The notes beneath the pieces were generated by a model. It was not told where the DNA came from and did no database searches. It worked only from the letters and a program-made list of their open reading frames with translations. DNA of 64,000 nucleotides, from assembly GCA_965242525.1 (NCBI GenBank), contig OZ251459.1, forward strand, positions 2,752,001 through 2,816,000. Direction: 5' to 3'. Position numbers and translations under genes: made by a program. Shown here in pieces: positions 50,702 to 60,638 of the stretch. The DNA comes from an uncultured Candidatus Binatia bacterium (GTDB lineage Bacteria; Desulfobacterota; Binatia; UBA9968; JAJDTQ01). Positions within the stretch are counted from its first letter, which is position 1. Each line of letters begins with the position of its first letter.

Positions 50702-51886
50702 ATGCTCATCAAAAGCATCCGGCTGACCAACCTGCTCTCCTTCGGACCGGACACGGAGGAGTTGGAGCTCGCGCCCCTGAACGTCTTGATAGGACCCAAC
50801 GGATCGGGGAAGTCGAACTTCATCGAAGCGCTGGGCCTGTTGAAGGCCATACCCAGGGACCTCACGGCTCCCATCGTGGCGAGCGGAGGCATCTACAACT
50901 GGATCTGGCGAGGCGAACCCGAAGCGTCCCTTGCCTGTATCGAGACGGTTATCGACTATCCCCAAGCCAATTATCCCCAGGCTCGGACACTCAAGTATCG
51001 TCTCGGGTTCACCGAAAAGGGTCAAAGGTTCGGATTGACGGAGGAATGGATCGGGAATGAATCTGCAATCGAAGACCATCGTAAACCGTATTTTTACTAC
51101 GAGTTGCAGGGCACCCGTGCGGTGCTGAACTACAAGGATGGCGAAGAACGTCAGTTGCGACCCGAGGAGTTCGATCCCGAGCAGTCCATCCTCGCCCAGC
51201 GCAAGGACCCGGACCATTACCCGGAATTGACTTGGCTCGGCCAAGAGTTCGCCCGTATGCGAATCTATCGGGAGTGGTCCTTCGGTCGGCAGACGCCGCC
51301 ACGTGTGCCACAGGATGCGGCACTGCCCAATGACTTCCTGAGCGAAAACGGGAACAACCTCGGCCTGGTGCTGAACAAGCTGCGAAGGACACCGAGCACC
51401 AAACAGCAAATGCAGGAAGCGTTATGCCAACTCTACGACAGCGTTAAAGACTTCGACGTGGTCATAGAAGGCGGAACCGTTCAAGTCTTCATGGAGGAAG
51501 ACGACATAACCAGGACGATGCCGGCCACACGCCTGTCGGACGGGACCTTGCGCTACCTCTCCCTGCTGACCATACTGTGCCATCCCAATCCGCCGCCGCT
51601 GGTCTGCATCGAGGAGCCGGAACTGGGTCTGCATCCCGACATCCTGCCCGGTCTCGCCGACCTCATCCGGGACGCCTCCGAACGGTGCCAATTGGTCGTG
51701 ACCACCCATTCGGACGTACTCGTGGACAAGCTCACCGACACCCCCGAAAGCGTCGTCGTTTGCGACAAACACGACGGCAAGACGGAAATGCAACGCCTGG
51801 ACAAGGACAAGCTCTCCGATTGGCTCAAGAAATACAGTCTGGGAGACCTATGGACGAAAGGCGGGTTGGGAGGGACGCGCTGGTGA
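50702..51886 (+). CDS. ABC/AAA_21-type ATPase
   Basis: LIGPNGSGKSN, LSDGTLR, CIEEPELGLHP, TTHS, YSLGDLW..GGLGGTRW. Confidence 0.9.
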   Translation: MLIKSIRLTNLLSFGPDTEELELAPLNVLIGPNGSGKSNFIEALGLLKAIPRDLTAPIVASGGIYNWIWRGEPEASLACIETVIDYPQANYPQARTLKYRLGFTEKGQRFGLTEEWIGNESAIEDHRKPYFYYELQGTRAVLNYKDGEERQLRPEEFDPEQSILAQRKDPDHYPELTWLGQEFARMRIYREWSFGRQTPPRVPQDAALPNDFLSENGNNLGLVLNKLRRTPSTKQQMQEALCQLYDSVKDFDVVIEGGTVQVFMEEDDITRTMPATRLSDGTLRYLSLLTILCHPNPPPLVCIEEPELGLHPDILPGLADLIRDASERCQLVVTTHSDVLVDKLTDTPESVVVCDKHDGKTEMQRLDKDKLSDWLKKYSLGDLWTKGGLGGTRW

Positions 51887-52503
51887 AAACCATAATATAC
51901 GTCGAAGGCGGTGGAGACACCAAGGTTAACAGAACCGCATGTCGGAAGGCGTTTAACAGGTTTTTCGACAAGGCAGGGCTGAAGGGTCGTATGCCCCGGA
52001 TTTTCGCCAGTGGCGGCCGGGAGCAGGCTTACAGGGATTTCTGCAACGACTTCGAGAAAGCCAGCAGCAGCGAATTCATTGTCCTGTTGGTGGACAGCGA
52101 GACACCGGTGGACAAGGACTCTGATGCCTGGTCGCACTTGAAGGCCCGCCCCGGCGACAACTGGGGCAAACCTGCGGGAGCAGACGCTGACAACGTGCAT
52201 CTCATGGTCCAGTGCATGGAAGCCTGGTTCCTGGCGGACAAGGAGGCACTGAGCGAGTTCTTCGGCCAGGGATTCAACCGAAACGCCTTGCCAGCGCACG
52301 TAGAGATCGAAGACATCCGGAAGGAGGACATCTATCAAGGCCTAGAGAGGGCCACGCGCCAGTCTGTCCGAAAGAAAACGTACCACAAGGGACGCCATTC
52401 GTTCGACATTCTTGCCGAACTGGATCCTGCCAAGGTGGTAAATGCGTCGCCGCACGCGGAGCGACTCGTCCGCACGCTGCTGGACAAGGCGTCGGGAAGT
52501 TGA
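51883..52503 (+). CDS. DUF4276-family TOPRIM-like protein
   Basis: GTGA overlap; IYVEGGG, LLVDSE, MVQCMEAWFLAD, YHKGRHS. Confidence 0.82.
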   Translation: MKTIIYVEGGGDTKVNRTACRKAFNRFFDKAGLKGRMPRIFASGGREQAYRDFCNDFEKASSSEFIVLLVDSETPVDKDSDAWSHLKARPGDNWGKPAGADADNVHLMVQCMEAWFLADKEALSEFFGQGFNRNALPAHVEIEDIRKEDIYQGLERATRQSVRKKTYHKGRHSFDILAELDPAKVVNASPHAERLVRTLLDKASGS

Positions 52504-52633
52504 AGTTGCCGTCAAGTCTTGCCGGTCGAGGTTCGGGGAATCTCCCTGTTTCACGGATATCCTTCGATGCTTCCCGTATCGCGCTTCCGGGAGGCTGGCT
52601 TGCAAGTTTCGGCGGGGTTTCCGAGGGAATGCG

Positions 52634-53842
52634 ATGCAGGTTGCCTTCGTGATCGAGAATCTTCATGGGGGCGGCGCTCAACGGGTGGTGCTGGGTGTGG
52701 CGGGAGGATTGGCCGACCTTGGCCACACGGTGGACCTCGTGCTGTTCGAGCCGATCATTCGCCAGACGGTTCCGGACGGAGTGCGGCTGTTCGCCATAAA
52801 AGACACGCCGGACAAGCCCACGGAAGAACGATTCGGTCAGGCGCTGGCGAGAGTGGCGCAACTCTCCGTCACTTCCGGCATTCCGGACTGGATACGAGTG
52901 GCAGGCGCTTTCCGCTGGGATCCGTTCTGTCTTCCGAGCAGACGCAGGGTTCATATGGCTCGCGGCATGACACATTACGCGGCCCGTGAGCAGCCGGACT
53001 GCATCCTGCCGTCGCTGCACCGTTCGATCGTGGCCACCCTCCTGGCTCGCGGTTTGTCCACCCGCCATCCACCCGTCATACCCATCGTCCATTCCTCCCT
53101 GGAAGCCGGTCAGAACCTACGGACCAGAGGCAGGTACCGGCGCCTGTTCGCGGCCGCGACACATTTCGTTGGCGTCTCCCGGGGCGTCTCCGACAGTCTG
53201 GAAACGGTCGCCAGGGTGCCGAGAGACAGGATCAGGACCATCTACAATCCGGTGGTCACCCCGGACCTTCATGACAAGGCCGCAGAGCAACCGGACCATC
53301 CGTGGCTTCGGGACGACGGCGCGCCGGTGGTCCTCGCCGCAGGTAGATTGACACGGGAGAAGGACTATCCGACTCTCATCAAGGCCTTCGCCCGGCTCGC
53401 AACTCGGCGCCCGTGCCATCTGGTCATCCTTGGCGAAGGAAGCAAGAGGAAGGAGATCGAAGGACTGGTCGAAGAATCTCGGCTGATCGACCGGGTCTCG
53501 TTGCCTGGATGGGTGGAGAATCCCTTTGCCTTCATGGCTCGCGCCTCCCTGTTCGTGCTGTCATCCCGATGGGAAGGGTTGCCGACGGTCTTGGTGGAGG
53601 CGCTGGCCTGCGGCTGCCCCTGTGTCAGCACGGACTGTCCTTCCGGTCCGGCAGAGATACTTCGGAATGGAGAGATCGGGCCGCTCGTTCCCGTCGGCGA
53701 CGACGTAGCTTTGGCGGAGGCGATGGATCGGGTGTTGGACCGTCCGCCGGAACGTCATGTGCTGCAACGGCGGGCTGCCGACTTCTCCGCAGACCGGGCG
53801 GTCACCGCTTACGAGAAACTGCTCTCGGAACTCGTTCGTTGA
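52634..53842 (+). CDS. Glycosyltransferase family 4 (GT-B)
   Basis: GGGAQRV, IYNP, AGRLTREKD, SSRWEGLPTVLVEALACG, DCPSGPAEIL. Confidence 0.92.
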   Translation: MQVAFVIENLHGGGAQRVVLGVAGGLADLGHTVDLVLFEPIIRQTVPDGVRLFAIKDTPDKPTEERFGQALARVAQLSVTSGIPDWIRVAGAFRWDPFCLPSRRRVHMARGMTHYAAREQPDCILPSLHRSIVATLLARGLSTRHPPVIPIVHSSLEAGQNLRTRGRYRRLFAAATHFVGVSRGVSDSLETVARVPRDRIRTIYNPVVTPDLHDKAAEQPDHPWLRDDGAPVVLAAGRLTREKDYPTLIKAFARLATRRPCHLVILGEGSKRKEIEGLVEESRLIDRVSLPGWVENPFAFMARASLFVLSSRWEGLPTVLVEALACGCPCVSTDCPSGPAEILRNGEIGPLVPVGDDVALAEAMDRVLDRPPERHVLQRRAADFSADRAVTAYEKLLSELVR

Positions 53843-53898
53843 TTCGGTTCCGATCCGGTCACGTGGGGTCAACGTCAGGAATCCCGGGGAAACATTAC

Positions 53899-55164
53899 GT
53901 GCACGTTGCCTTCGTGATCGACCACCTTGGGGGCTACGGCGCCGAGCAGGTCGTGTACAGGTTGGTCCACGGTCTGAGCGAGCGCGGCCACAAGGTGGAC
54001 GTCATACTGCTTCAGCCGATCATCCACCGTCGCCTTCCTCGAAACGTCCGGGTGTTCTTGCAAGGAGGGAAACCGGACCGGCTCACGGAAGAACGGTCCG
54101 CGTACGTGCTTGAGCGGACCATCTGGCTCCGTCCACGGTCTCGAACCCTCGAATGGGCGCATCGAGCCTTCGAATGGGCGTGCGCGGCAAACGTCCTGCA
54201 CCGGGATCGTCGTGTTCTGCCGAGCAAGCGCTTGCTTGACCAAGCGCGTGCACTGGCCTCGTACTTGAATGTTGAGGGACCGGACTGCGTGCTGCCACAA
54301 CTCCCACGTGCACTGTGGGCGACGCTTCTGGGATGTCGCATAACAGGTGGACACCCACCCGTCATAGCCGCGATTCACGGCAACGTTCATCATCTAAGCC
54401 GCCGTTCCAAGCTAAAGTTCCACCGCCTGTTTTCCGAGGTGACACATTTCGTGGGAGTATCTCATGGCGTTTCCGACAGTCTAATGACCGCATTCGAAGT
54501 CCCGAGAGAACGCATCACCACGATCTACAATCCAGTGGTCATGCCGGATCTTCACGTCAAGGCTCTGGAACAGCCGCACCATCCGTGGTTCCTGGACCGC
54601 GATGCGCCATTACTTCTTGCCGTCGGACGACTGGAGGAAAGGCAAAAGGATTGGCCAACTCTGATCAAGGCTTTCACCCGTCTCGCAACGCAGCGTCCGT
54701 GTCGCCTGATCATTTTGGGCGAAGGACCGCTCAGGAAGCAGATCGAAGGACTGGTCGAAGAATCCAAGCTGACCGACCGGGTCTCGTTGCCGGGATGGGT
54801 GGAGAATCCCTTCGCCTTCATGGCCCGGGCCTCCCTGTTCGTGCTGTCCTCCCGATGGGAAGGGTTGCCGACGGTCCTGGTGGAGGCGCTGGCCTGCGGC
54901 TGCCCTTGCGTCAGCACCGACTGTCCTTCCGGTCCGGCAGAGATACTGTTGAACGGCGACCTCGGGCCGCTCGTGCCCGTCGGCGACGACGCAGCGTTGG
55001 CGGAAGCAATGAAGCGAGTACTGGACCGGCCGCCCGACAAACGGGTGTTGCGGCAGCGGGCTATGGACTTCTCGGCTGAAAGAGCCCTTGACGACTACGA
55101 GCAGTTGATCGAGAGCCTGCTCGTCTCGCACGGCAAGACGTCCGAAGACGCGCGTCTTGCCTGA
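53899..55164 (+). CDS. Glycosyltransferase family 4 (GT-B)
   Basis: GTG start (VHVAFVID); GYGAEQV, VGRLEERQKD, SSRWEGLPTVLVEALACG. Confidence 0.9.
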   Translation: MHVAFVIDHLGGYGAEQVVYRLVHGLSERGHKVDVILLQPIIHRRLPRNVRVFLQGGKPDRLTEERSAYVLERTIWLRPRSRTLEWAHRAFEWACAANVLHRDRRVLPSKRLLDQARALASYLNVEGPDCVLPQLPRALWATLLGCRITGGHPPVIAAIHGNVHHLSRRSKLKFHRLFSEVTHFVGVSHGVSDSLMTAFEVPRERITTIYNPVVMPDLHVKALEQPHHPWFLDRDAPLLLAVGRLEERQKDWPTLIKAFTRLATQRPCRLIILGEGPLRKQIEGLVEESKLTDRVSLPGWVENPFAFMARASLFVLSSRWEGLPTVLVEALACGCPCVSTDCPSGPAEILLNGDLGPLVPVGDDAALAEAMKRVLDRPPDKRVLRQRAMDFSAERALDDYEQLIESLLVSHGKTSEDARLA

Positions 55165-55183
55165 ACCAGTGAAGAAAAGCCGC

Positions 55184-56425
55184 ATGCATATCGCTTTCGT
55201 CATCCATGATCTTGGCAGAGGCGGCGCCGAGCGAACGGTGCTCCAACTCGCGTCAGGGTTGAGCTTGGCGGGACACAGGGTTGACGTGGTTCTGTTGACG
55301 GGAGAAATTGGTTATCCCGAGGAGGTCCCGGACGAGGCAGGCCTCTTCGTCTTGCAGAAGGCCCTCGACAGACGTACGGAGGACGGTGCAGCAGATGCGT
55401 TGCGGCGTGCGGTCGAGCTTCGCGGGTCGCCGCAGGTTCTCGATTGGTTCCGTCTGGCAAGCGCCTTGAACTGGGACCCGCTCTGCCTGCCTCACAGGGG
55501 ATTGGTGCGTCAGGCTCGCGCCATCGCGTCCTACATGGAGCGTGAGAAGCCGGACTGCGTGCTGCCAAGCCTCCCCCGTGCGGACGCAATTACCCTGTTG
55601 GCCTCTCGCCTCCTGAAAGAACCTCCGCCAATCATCCCGACGCTTCACAACGTCAGTAAGAGTAACCGACCCATCGACGATCGTCGATACCGTCGTTTAT
55701 TCCCCTACGCGTCGCACGTCGTCGCGGTATCCCAAGGCGTCGCAGACGATCTGGCCGTAACCGCGGACGTACCGAGAGACAGGATCACCACCATATACAA
55801 TCCGACGATCACGCCGAACCTGCATGCCAAGGCCGCAGAGCAGCCGGATCATCCTTGGCTCCTCGACCGTGGCGCGCCCGTGATCCTCGCCGCCGGGCGA
55901 CTTACGGAACAAAAGGACTATCCCACCCTCATCGAGGCTTTTGGCCGTCTCGTGGCGCGGCGCCCGTGTCGCCTGGTTATTCTGGGTGAAGGCCCCCTGC
56001 AGCAGGAACTCGAAGGACTCGCCGGGAAGCTCGACCTTACCGACCGAATCTCGTTCGCCGGGTGGAGCGACAATCCCTTCGCCTTCATGTCCCGCGCCTC
56101 CCTGTTCGTGCTGTCCTCCCGATGGGAAGGTTTTGGGATGGTTCTTGCGGAGGCGCTGGCCTGCGGCCTCCCCTGCGTCAGCACGGACTGTCCTTCCGGT
56201 CCGGCAGAGATACTGCTGAACGGAGAGATCGGGCCGCTCGTTCCCGTCGGCGACGACGCAGCGTTGGCGGAGGCAATGGGACGAGTCCTCGACGACCCGC
56301 CCGACCGGCGCCTGTTGCAACAACGGGCAGCGTATTTCTCCGCAGACAGGGCCGTGGCCGCATACGAGGAATTGATCACATCCGTAGTCCGGCGTTCCGG
56401 GGGACCCCCATGCGTATCGTCCTGA
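55184..56425 (+). CDS. Glycosyltransferase family 4 (GT-B)
   Basis: GGAERT, AGRLTEQKD, SSRWEGFGMVLAEALACG. Confidence 0.92.
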   Translation: MHIAFVIHDLGRGGAERTVLQLASGLSLAGHRVDVVLLTGEIGYPEEVPDEAGLFVLQKALDRRTEDGAADALRRAVELRGSPQVLDWFRLASALNWDPLCLPHRGLVRQARAIASYMEREKPDCVLPSLPRADAITLLASRLLKEPPPIIPTLHNVSKSNRPIDDRRYRRLFPYASHVVAVSQGVADDLAVTADVPRDRITTIYNPTITPNLHAKAAEQPDHPWLLDRGAPVILAAGRLTEQKDYPTLIEAFGRLVARRPCRLVILGEGPLQQELEGLAGKLDLTDRISFAGWSDNPFAFMSRASLFVLSSRWEGFGMVLAEALACGLPCVSTDCPSGPAEILLNGEIGPLVPVGDDAALAEAMGRVLDDPPDRRLLQQRAAYFSADRAVAAYEELITSVVRRSGGPPCVSS

Positions 56426-57189
56426 TCAGCCTGGAGCGCGCGGCGCACCGGCGAGCGGAAATGGCGCGCGAGTTCGACGCCGCCGGCTTGCGGTACGAGA
56501 TCAAGACGGCCATCGACGGCCGCCGCCTTTCGCCGGACCATCTCGTCCAGGTCGATTGGGAGGGGCGGCGGCGTCTCGGCCTCCGTCCCCACGACAACGG
56601 CTCCATTGCCTGTTGGCTGACGCATCGAGAGGTCATGCGCGACCTCGTAGCGAACGGACCCGACATGACGGCGGTGTTCGAGGACGACGCCCGGTTCACC
56701 CCCGAGCTCCCCGATGTTCTCAAGGCGCTGGAAACCAGGCCCTTTGCCTTCGACCTCGTGGCACTCTACCGGGGACATCCCCGACGGCCCTTCGTCCCGT
56801 GCGTCTCGCTGGCGGACGGCCACTCCGCGGGCCGGGTGCGGTACTCCGACACCGGCTCCGTGGGATACGTCATCACTCGACCCGCTGCCCGCCATTTTCT
56901 CGAGACGACGCCCAGGATGGTCCTGGCCCTGGACCACGCCCTGCTGCGCTTCTGGGTCAGCGGACTCAACACGTTCTACGTGGACCCGCCGGTGGTCCGT
57001 CACGGCGGCGCGCACGACTCCGAGATCGACGACCACCGCGGCACAGCGCGGGCCGAACGAGACGCGACCGATGCACCGGCCGCGATCCTCTGGCGGCGCA
57101 CGGTTGCCGGCGCACGGCGAGCGGTCAAGAAGCGTCTCGCCTTCCGCAGGCTCCTGCGGGGAGAGATCGGAGTGACGCGATGGCTTTAG
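56410..57189 (+). CDS. Glycosyltransferase family 25
   Basis: ISLERAAHRR, AIDG, ACWLTH, VFEDDA, GYVITRPAA. Confidence 0.88.
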   Translation: MRIVLISLERAAHRRAEMAREFDAAGLRYEIKTAIDGRRLSPDHLVQVDWEGRRRLGLRPHDNGSIACWLTHREVMRDLVANGPDMTAVFEDDARFTPELPDVLKALETRPFAFDLVALYRGHPRRPFVPCVSLADGHSAGRVRYSDTGSVGYVITRPAARHFLETTPRMVLALDHALLRFWVSGLNTFYVDPPVVRHGGAHDSEIDDHRGTARAERDATDAPAAILWRRTVAGARRAVKKRLAFRRLLRGEIGVTRWL

Positions 57190-57398
57190 GGCCCTGCTCC
57201 GCGTGAGCCGGACAGCCGAACGATCGGGTACTGCGGATACCTCCGAGCTACCTGATACCTCTTGGCAGGGTCCGAACCGAAGTCCACGACTTCCCCGGGA
57301 TGCCATACTCCTTGACGGAAAGGACCCTTGTACGATAGGAAAACAGGCACGTTAGAGAAGCTATTCTACCTTGCAGTCCCGGATCGAAGGGAAGGCCG

Positions 57399-58519
57399 AT
57401 GCTGCAAAGACTATACGTCGACAACTACAAGTGCCTGGTCAATTTCGACCTGCGCCTTCAGCATCTCTCGCTACTGCTCGGACCCAACGGCGTGGGAAAG
57501 ACCTCCGTCCTCGACGTCGTGTTCGCACTACGCCGGCTTCTCGACGGGAGCGCCAGGATCACCGACGCCGACGCGTTTCACGCCCGCACGTTGACCTGCT
57601 GGCAAAAAGGGCAACTTCAAGTCTTCGAGATCGAGGTCCTGCTGGACCCGGATCGTTTTACGTATCGGCTCGAGGTGGAGCATGATCGGTCGGCCCGGCG
57701 CGCTCGTATCCAACTTGAGAAACTGGTTCACCAGGATGACCGGGGTAAAGGACCCCTGTTCGAGTTCGAGAATGGCGAGGTGCGGCTCTATCGTGACGAC
57801 TACTCGCCTGGTCCCAAGTACACTTACGATTGGTCGGAGTCCGCGCTGGCCCGAATCATGCTCGGGAAGGACAACCAACGCCTTGCGCGCTTTCTGGATT
57901 TCGTCAGAAAGATCATGGTGTGCAGCCTCTACCCACCCGTCTTCAGCACAGAATCGAGGAGCGAGGCCCCGCTCCTTCAGCGAGACTCCCGGAACTTCGC
58001 GGCTGGTATCGGCACGTGGTCCAGGAACGTCCGGACCTGTTGTCGGAGTTCACGAATACGTTGCAAGAAATCATCCACGGCTATCGCAGCATCCGGCTGG
58101 AAAAAGTCGGCCAGGAGACACGCGCCCTCATGGTCGCATTCGCCGAGGGCCGCGAACGATACGAGTTGTCGTTCGATGAGCTTTCGGATGGACAGCGGGC
58201 GCTCATCGCGCTGTATGCCATGGTTCACCTGACCGCAGACCAGGGCTACACGCTTTTCCTCGACGAGCCCGACAACTATGTCGCGCTTCCGGAGATTCAA
58301 CCCTGGCTCCAGGAGATCGAAGACGCCTGCGGAGAGACGGTGCCACAAGCCGTAATCAGCTCTCATCACCCGGAATTGATCGACTATCTGGGCTCCGAAA
58401 ACAGCTACATGCTTCAGCAGGAGAAGTCAGGGGTCGTGACAGTGCACAAACCGGAGGCCAATCCGGCCGAGCCCGGGCTCAAGCTTTCCGAGTTGATCGC
58501 CAGGGGATGGGATACGTGA
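57399..58519 (+). pseudogene. ABC/AAA_21-type ATPase split by a frameshift near 58003
   Basis: Walker A GPNGVGKT in ORF 57399-58232; ELSDGQR, LFLDEPDN and SSHHPE in overlapping ORF 57830-58519. Confidence 0.82.
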
Positions 58520-58599
58520 GCAGGGAAGCGCACATCGTCCTGTTGTGCGAAGACAAGCAGCATCAAAGGGATCTTCCGGCTTTTGTGTGGGTAAGGTAG
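58516..58599 (+). pseudogene. Truncated partner gene of the ATPase (TOPRIM-like N-terminus)
   Basis: GTGA overlap; VSREAHIVLLCEDKQHQ then enters the MITE TIR at 58568 and stops. Confidence 0.6.
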
Positions 58600-58894
58600 A
58601 AGGGAAGGATGAGGGAAAGGGGTCACGCCGTCATTGCTCCGCAGACGCCTGCCCCGTCATTCCCGCGAAAGCGGGAATCCAGTTTCATTGTTCTCATGCA
58701 GGGCGCCATGGGGTTGGGTCGGAAGGATGGAAGCACGAGGAGTTTTCACAAGGATGGATTCCCGCTTTCGCGGGAATGACGGGATGGGGCGTCCACGCCG
58801 CCAAACCGAGGACGGCATGGTCGGAATGGGAGAGAAGCGGATTTCGTCGCGTGCGTGGGGAGTGTCTCAACCCACACGAATTCCTGAAGAGCCC
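58568..58894. mobile_element. MITE family B copy containing an inverted REP pair
   Basis: TIRs GGGATCTTCCGGCTTTTGTGTGGGT / revcomp GGGCTCTTCAGGAATTCGTGTGGGT (20/25); REPs at 58656-58681 and 58755-58780. Confidence 0.78.
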
Positions 58895-59164
58895 GTAGAG
58901 AAAGGAATCCCGATACTTGTATTTGAGGTCTTCGTCGATTTGGCCTTTCTTGAACCGCTGGAGATAGGCGCCGCCCTCCGGATCGGACCCGGCCGGGTTT
59001 TGCGGATCCTTGAACTCGATGTACAGGTAATGGTCAGGAAGCTCCACGATGAAGTCCACGGCCTTCATGCAATGGCTGAGTCCGTGGTCGAGTCCGTCGA
59101 ACTTTCGCGCAGACACGACGTTCGTGAAGGTGATTTGCAGGTCGTCTTCGGTGAAGGTGCTCAC
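58895..59164 (-). pseudogene. Truncated ATPase partner with PD-(D/E)xK-like motif
   Basis: KAVDFIVE...YIEFKDP; after RDSFLY the frame reads into MITE sequence. Confidence 0.65.
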
Positions 59165-60195
59165 TTCAGCGACCCTCCCAAGCTGCGCTCGATCTTCCGG
59201 TCGTAGAGGCTGTCGAACGTTTCTGCAATCGCATTGGGATCGATTTCAAGGTAACTGTTCGCAGTGTTGCACGCTATGTCCACCTCCCCTTCCCCTTTCA
59301 ATTGGTACAGGGAGTGAAAAGCCACCTCGTCCGTCTTCTCCTTTCGGAGATCGATCTCCTCCAGGATGACGTAATCGTGCGTCGCAAGGAATACCTGGAC
59401 TTCCCTGCGTTGGAGTTCGAGCAGGATGGCCGTCAGTGGGCCGAACAGTTTCGGGTTCAGGTTGGCCTCGGGCTCGTCCCAGAACAGTACGGAGCCGGCC
59501 CCGAGGGAGCCGTTCTGTACCAACAACCACAACAGCGCGAGCTTGCGCATCCCTTCCGCGAGCAACGTGAACTCGAGGTTGCCCTGTGAGTTGTGCAGGA
59601 AGAACTCCTCGTTGCGGACGGTGACCTTGCCATCCATGGCTTTCTCGAGTTCGCGGAGCAGGCTCTTGCGTTGTTGGTCCGCGGGGCCGCGCAGCACCGG
59701 GAGGTAGGCGCGGCGCAGGATGTCCGCATAGACTTCCTCGAAGTGGATTTCGCGGCTCTCGTAAAGGGACCGGAACCCCGGGGCGTTGGAAAGCATTTCC
59801 TTTACCGGGATGTACACGCTCTCGACGGGTTCTCGAGTCCAATCCGGAACGCCGGTGACGCGGACCTTGTCGGAAGTCGCTTTCGTGACCAAGGTAGAGA
59901 ACGAGGCGGTCAACTTGCGATGGCCGCGGCACACTTCCACGACTGCTCCTGCGCGCCCCTGCTGCCGCTTCACCAGCCGACCCGGCCCCCGGCCTGACGG
60001 CAGAAACACCCGGATCATCTTCTCCACGAAATGTACGTCAGGCCTGGATGCCTCGCACGCCGCATAGCAGACCTTCATCAAGTGGGTCTTGCCCGTGCCG
60101 TTGGCTCCCACGAGGACGTTGATGCCGGGGGAGAAGTCGAGGCTGAAATCCGAAAACGCCGTAAAGCGTTTCAGTCGTACTCTGGTCAGGGCCAT
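59161..60195 (-). CDS. ABC/AAA_15/21-type ATPase
   Basis: VGANGTGKT, LAEGMRKL, LFWDEPEANLNP, LATHDY. Confidence 0.88.
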   Translation of the reverse strand: MALTRVRLKRFTAFSDFSLDFSPGINVLVGANGTGKTHLMKVCYAACEASRPDVHFVEKMIRVFLPSGRGPGRLVKRQQGRAGAVVEVCRGHRKLTASFSTLVTKATSDKVRVTGVPDWTREPVESVYIPVKEMLSNAPGFRSLYESREIHFEEVYADILRRAYLPVLRGPADQQRKSLLRELEKAMDGKVTVRNEEFFLHNSQGNLEFTLLAEGMRKLALLWLLVQNGSLGAGSVLFWDEPEANLNPKLFGPLTAILLELQRREVQVFLATHDYVILEEIDLRKEKTDEVAFHSLYQLKGEGEVDIACNTANSYLEIDPNAIAETFDSLYDRKIERSLGGSLK

Positions 60196-60211
60196 GCCTT
60201 GGCACCCTCCT

Positions 60212-60364
60212 TCAGCGGCTCTCCCGTTTCCTTGTGGCGTCCCACTCCACGCCGGTGCTCAGCAAGTCGCCGTTGATCCTGACCTGGCCCTTCAGGCGCC
60301 CGATGAACTGCGCAAAGCCCGGTTCATCTTCGGTCCGGTCGTCCTTCGTTGCTTTCGGTTCCAT
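60212..60364 (-). CDS. Small protein resembling the C-terminal part of a type II antitoxin
   Basis: FIGRLKGQVRINGDLLSTGVEWDA pattern; co-oriented upstream of the ATPase. Confidence 0.35.
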   Translation of the reverse strand: MEPKATKDDRTEDEPGFAQFIGRLKGQVRINGDLLSTGVEWDATRKRESR

Positions 60365-60503
60365 CTCTCGTTCGCTTCCATCTTTCACCAAGGTATTCCT
60401 CTGGCATGGACCGGTTGACATGAATCTGGTATCGCACACCGGGACGGACATTTCCACCCGGCTGTGCTTTGACCCTTCCTTGGCAAGGGGTTATGGTGTC
60501 TCC

Positions 60504-60638
60504 ATGAGCCTTCCCGGCACCGCTTGGCGCAAGCTGCCCATCGGCGTCCAGGCCTTCCGCAAGGTCCGCGAAGAGGGCCGCTACTACGTGGGCAAGACCC
60601 CCTGGATCGAGCGGTTGGTGGACGAGGGAAACCAATGA
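60504..60638 (+). pseudogene. N-terminal remnant of an AAA-ATPase-like (PF09820-type) protein
   Basis: RKLPIGVQAFRKVREEGRYYVGKT matches the typical start of this family; stops after 44 aa. Confidence 0.65.
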
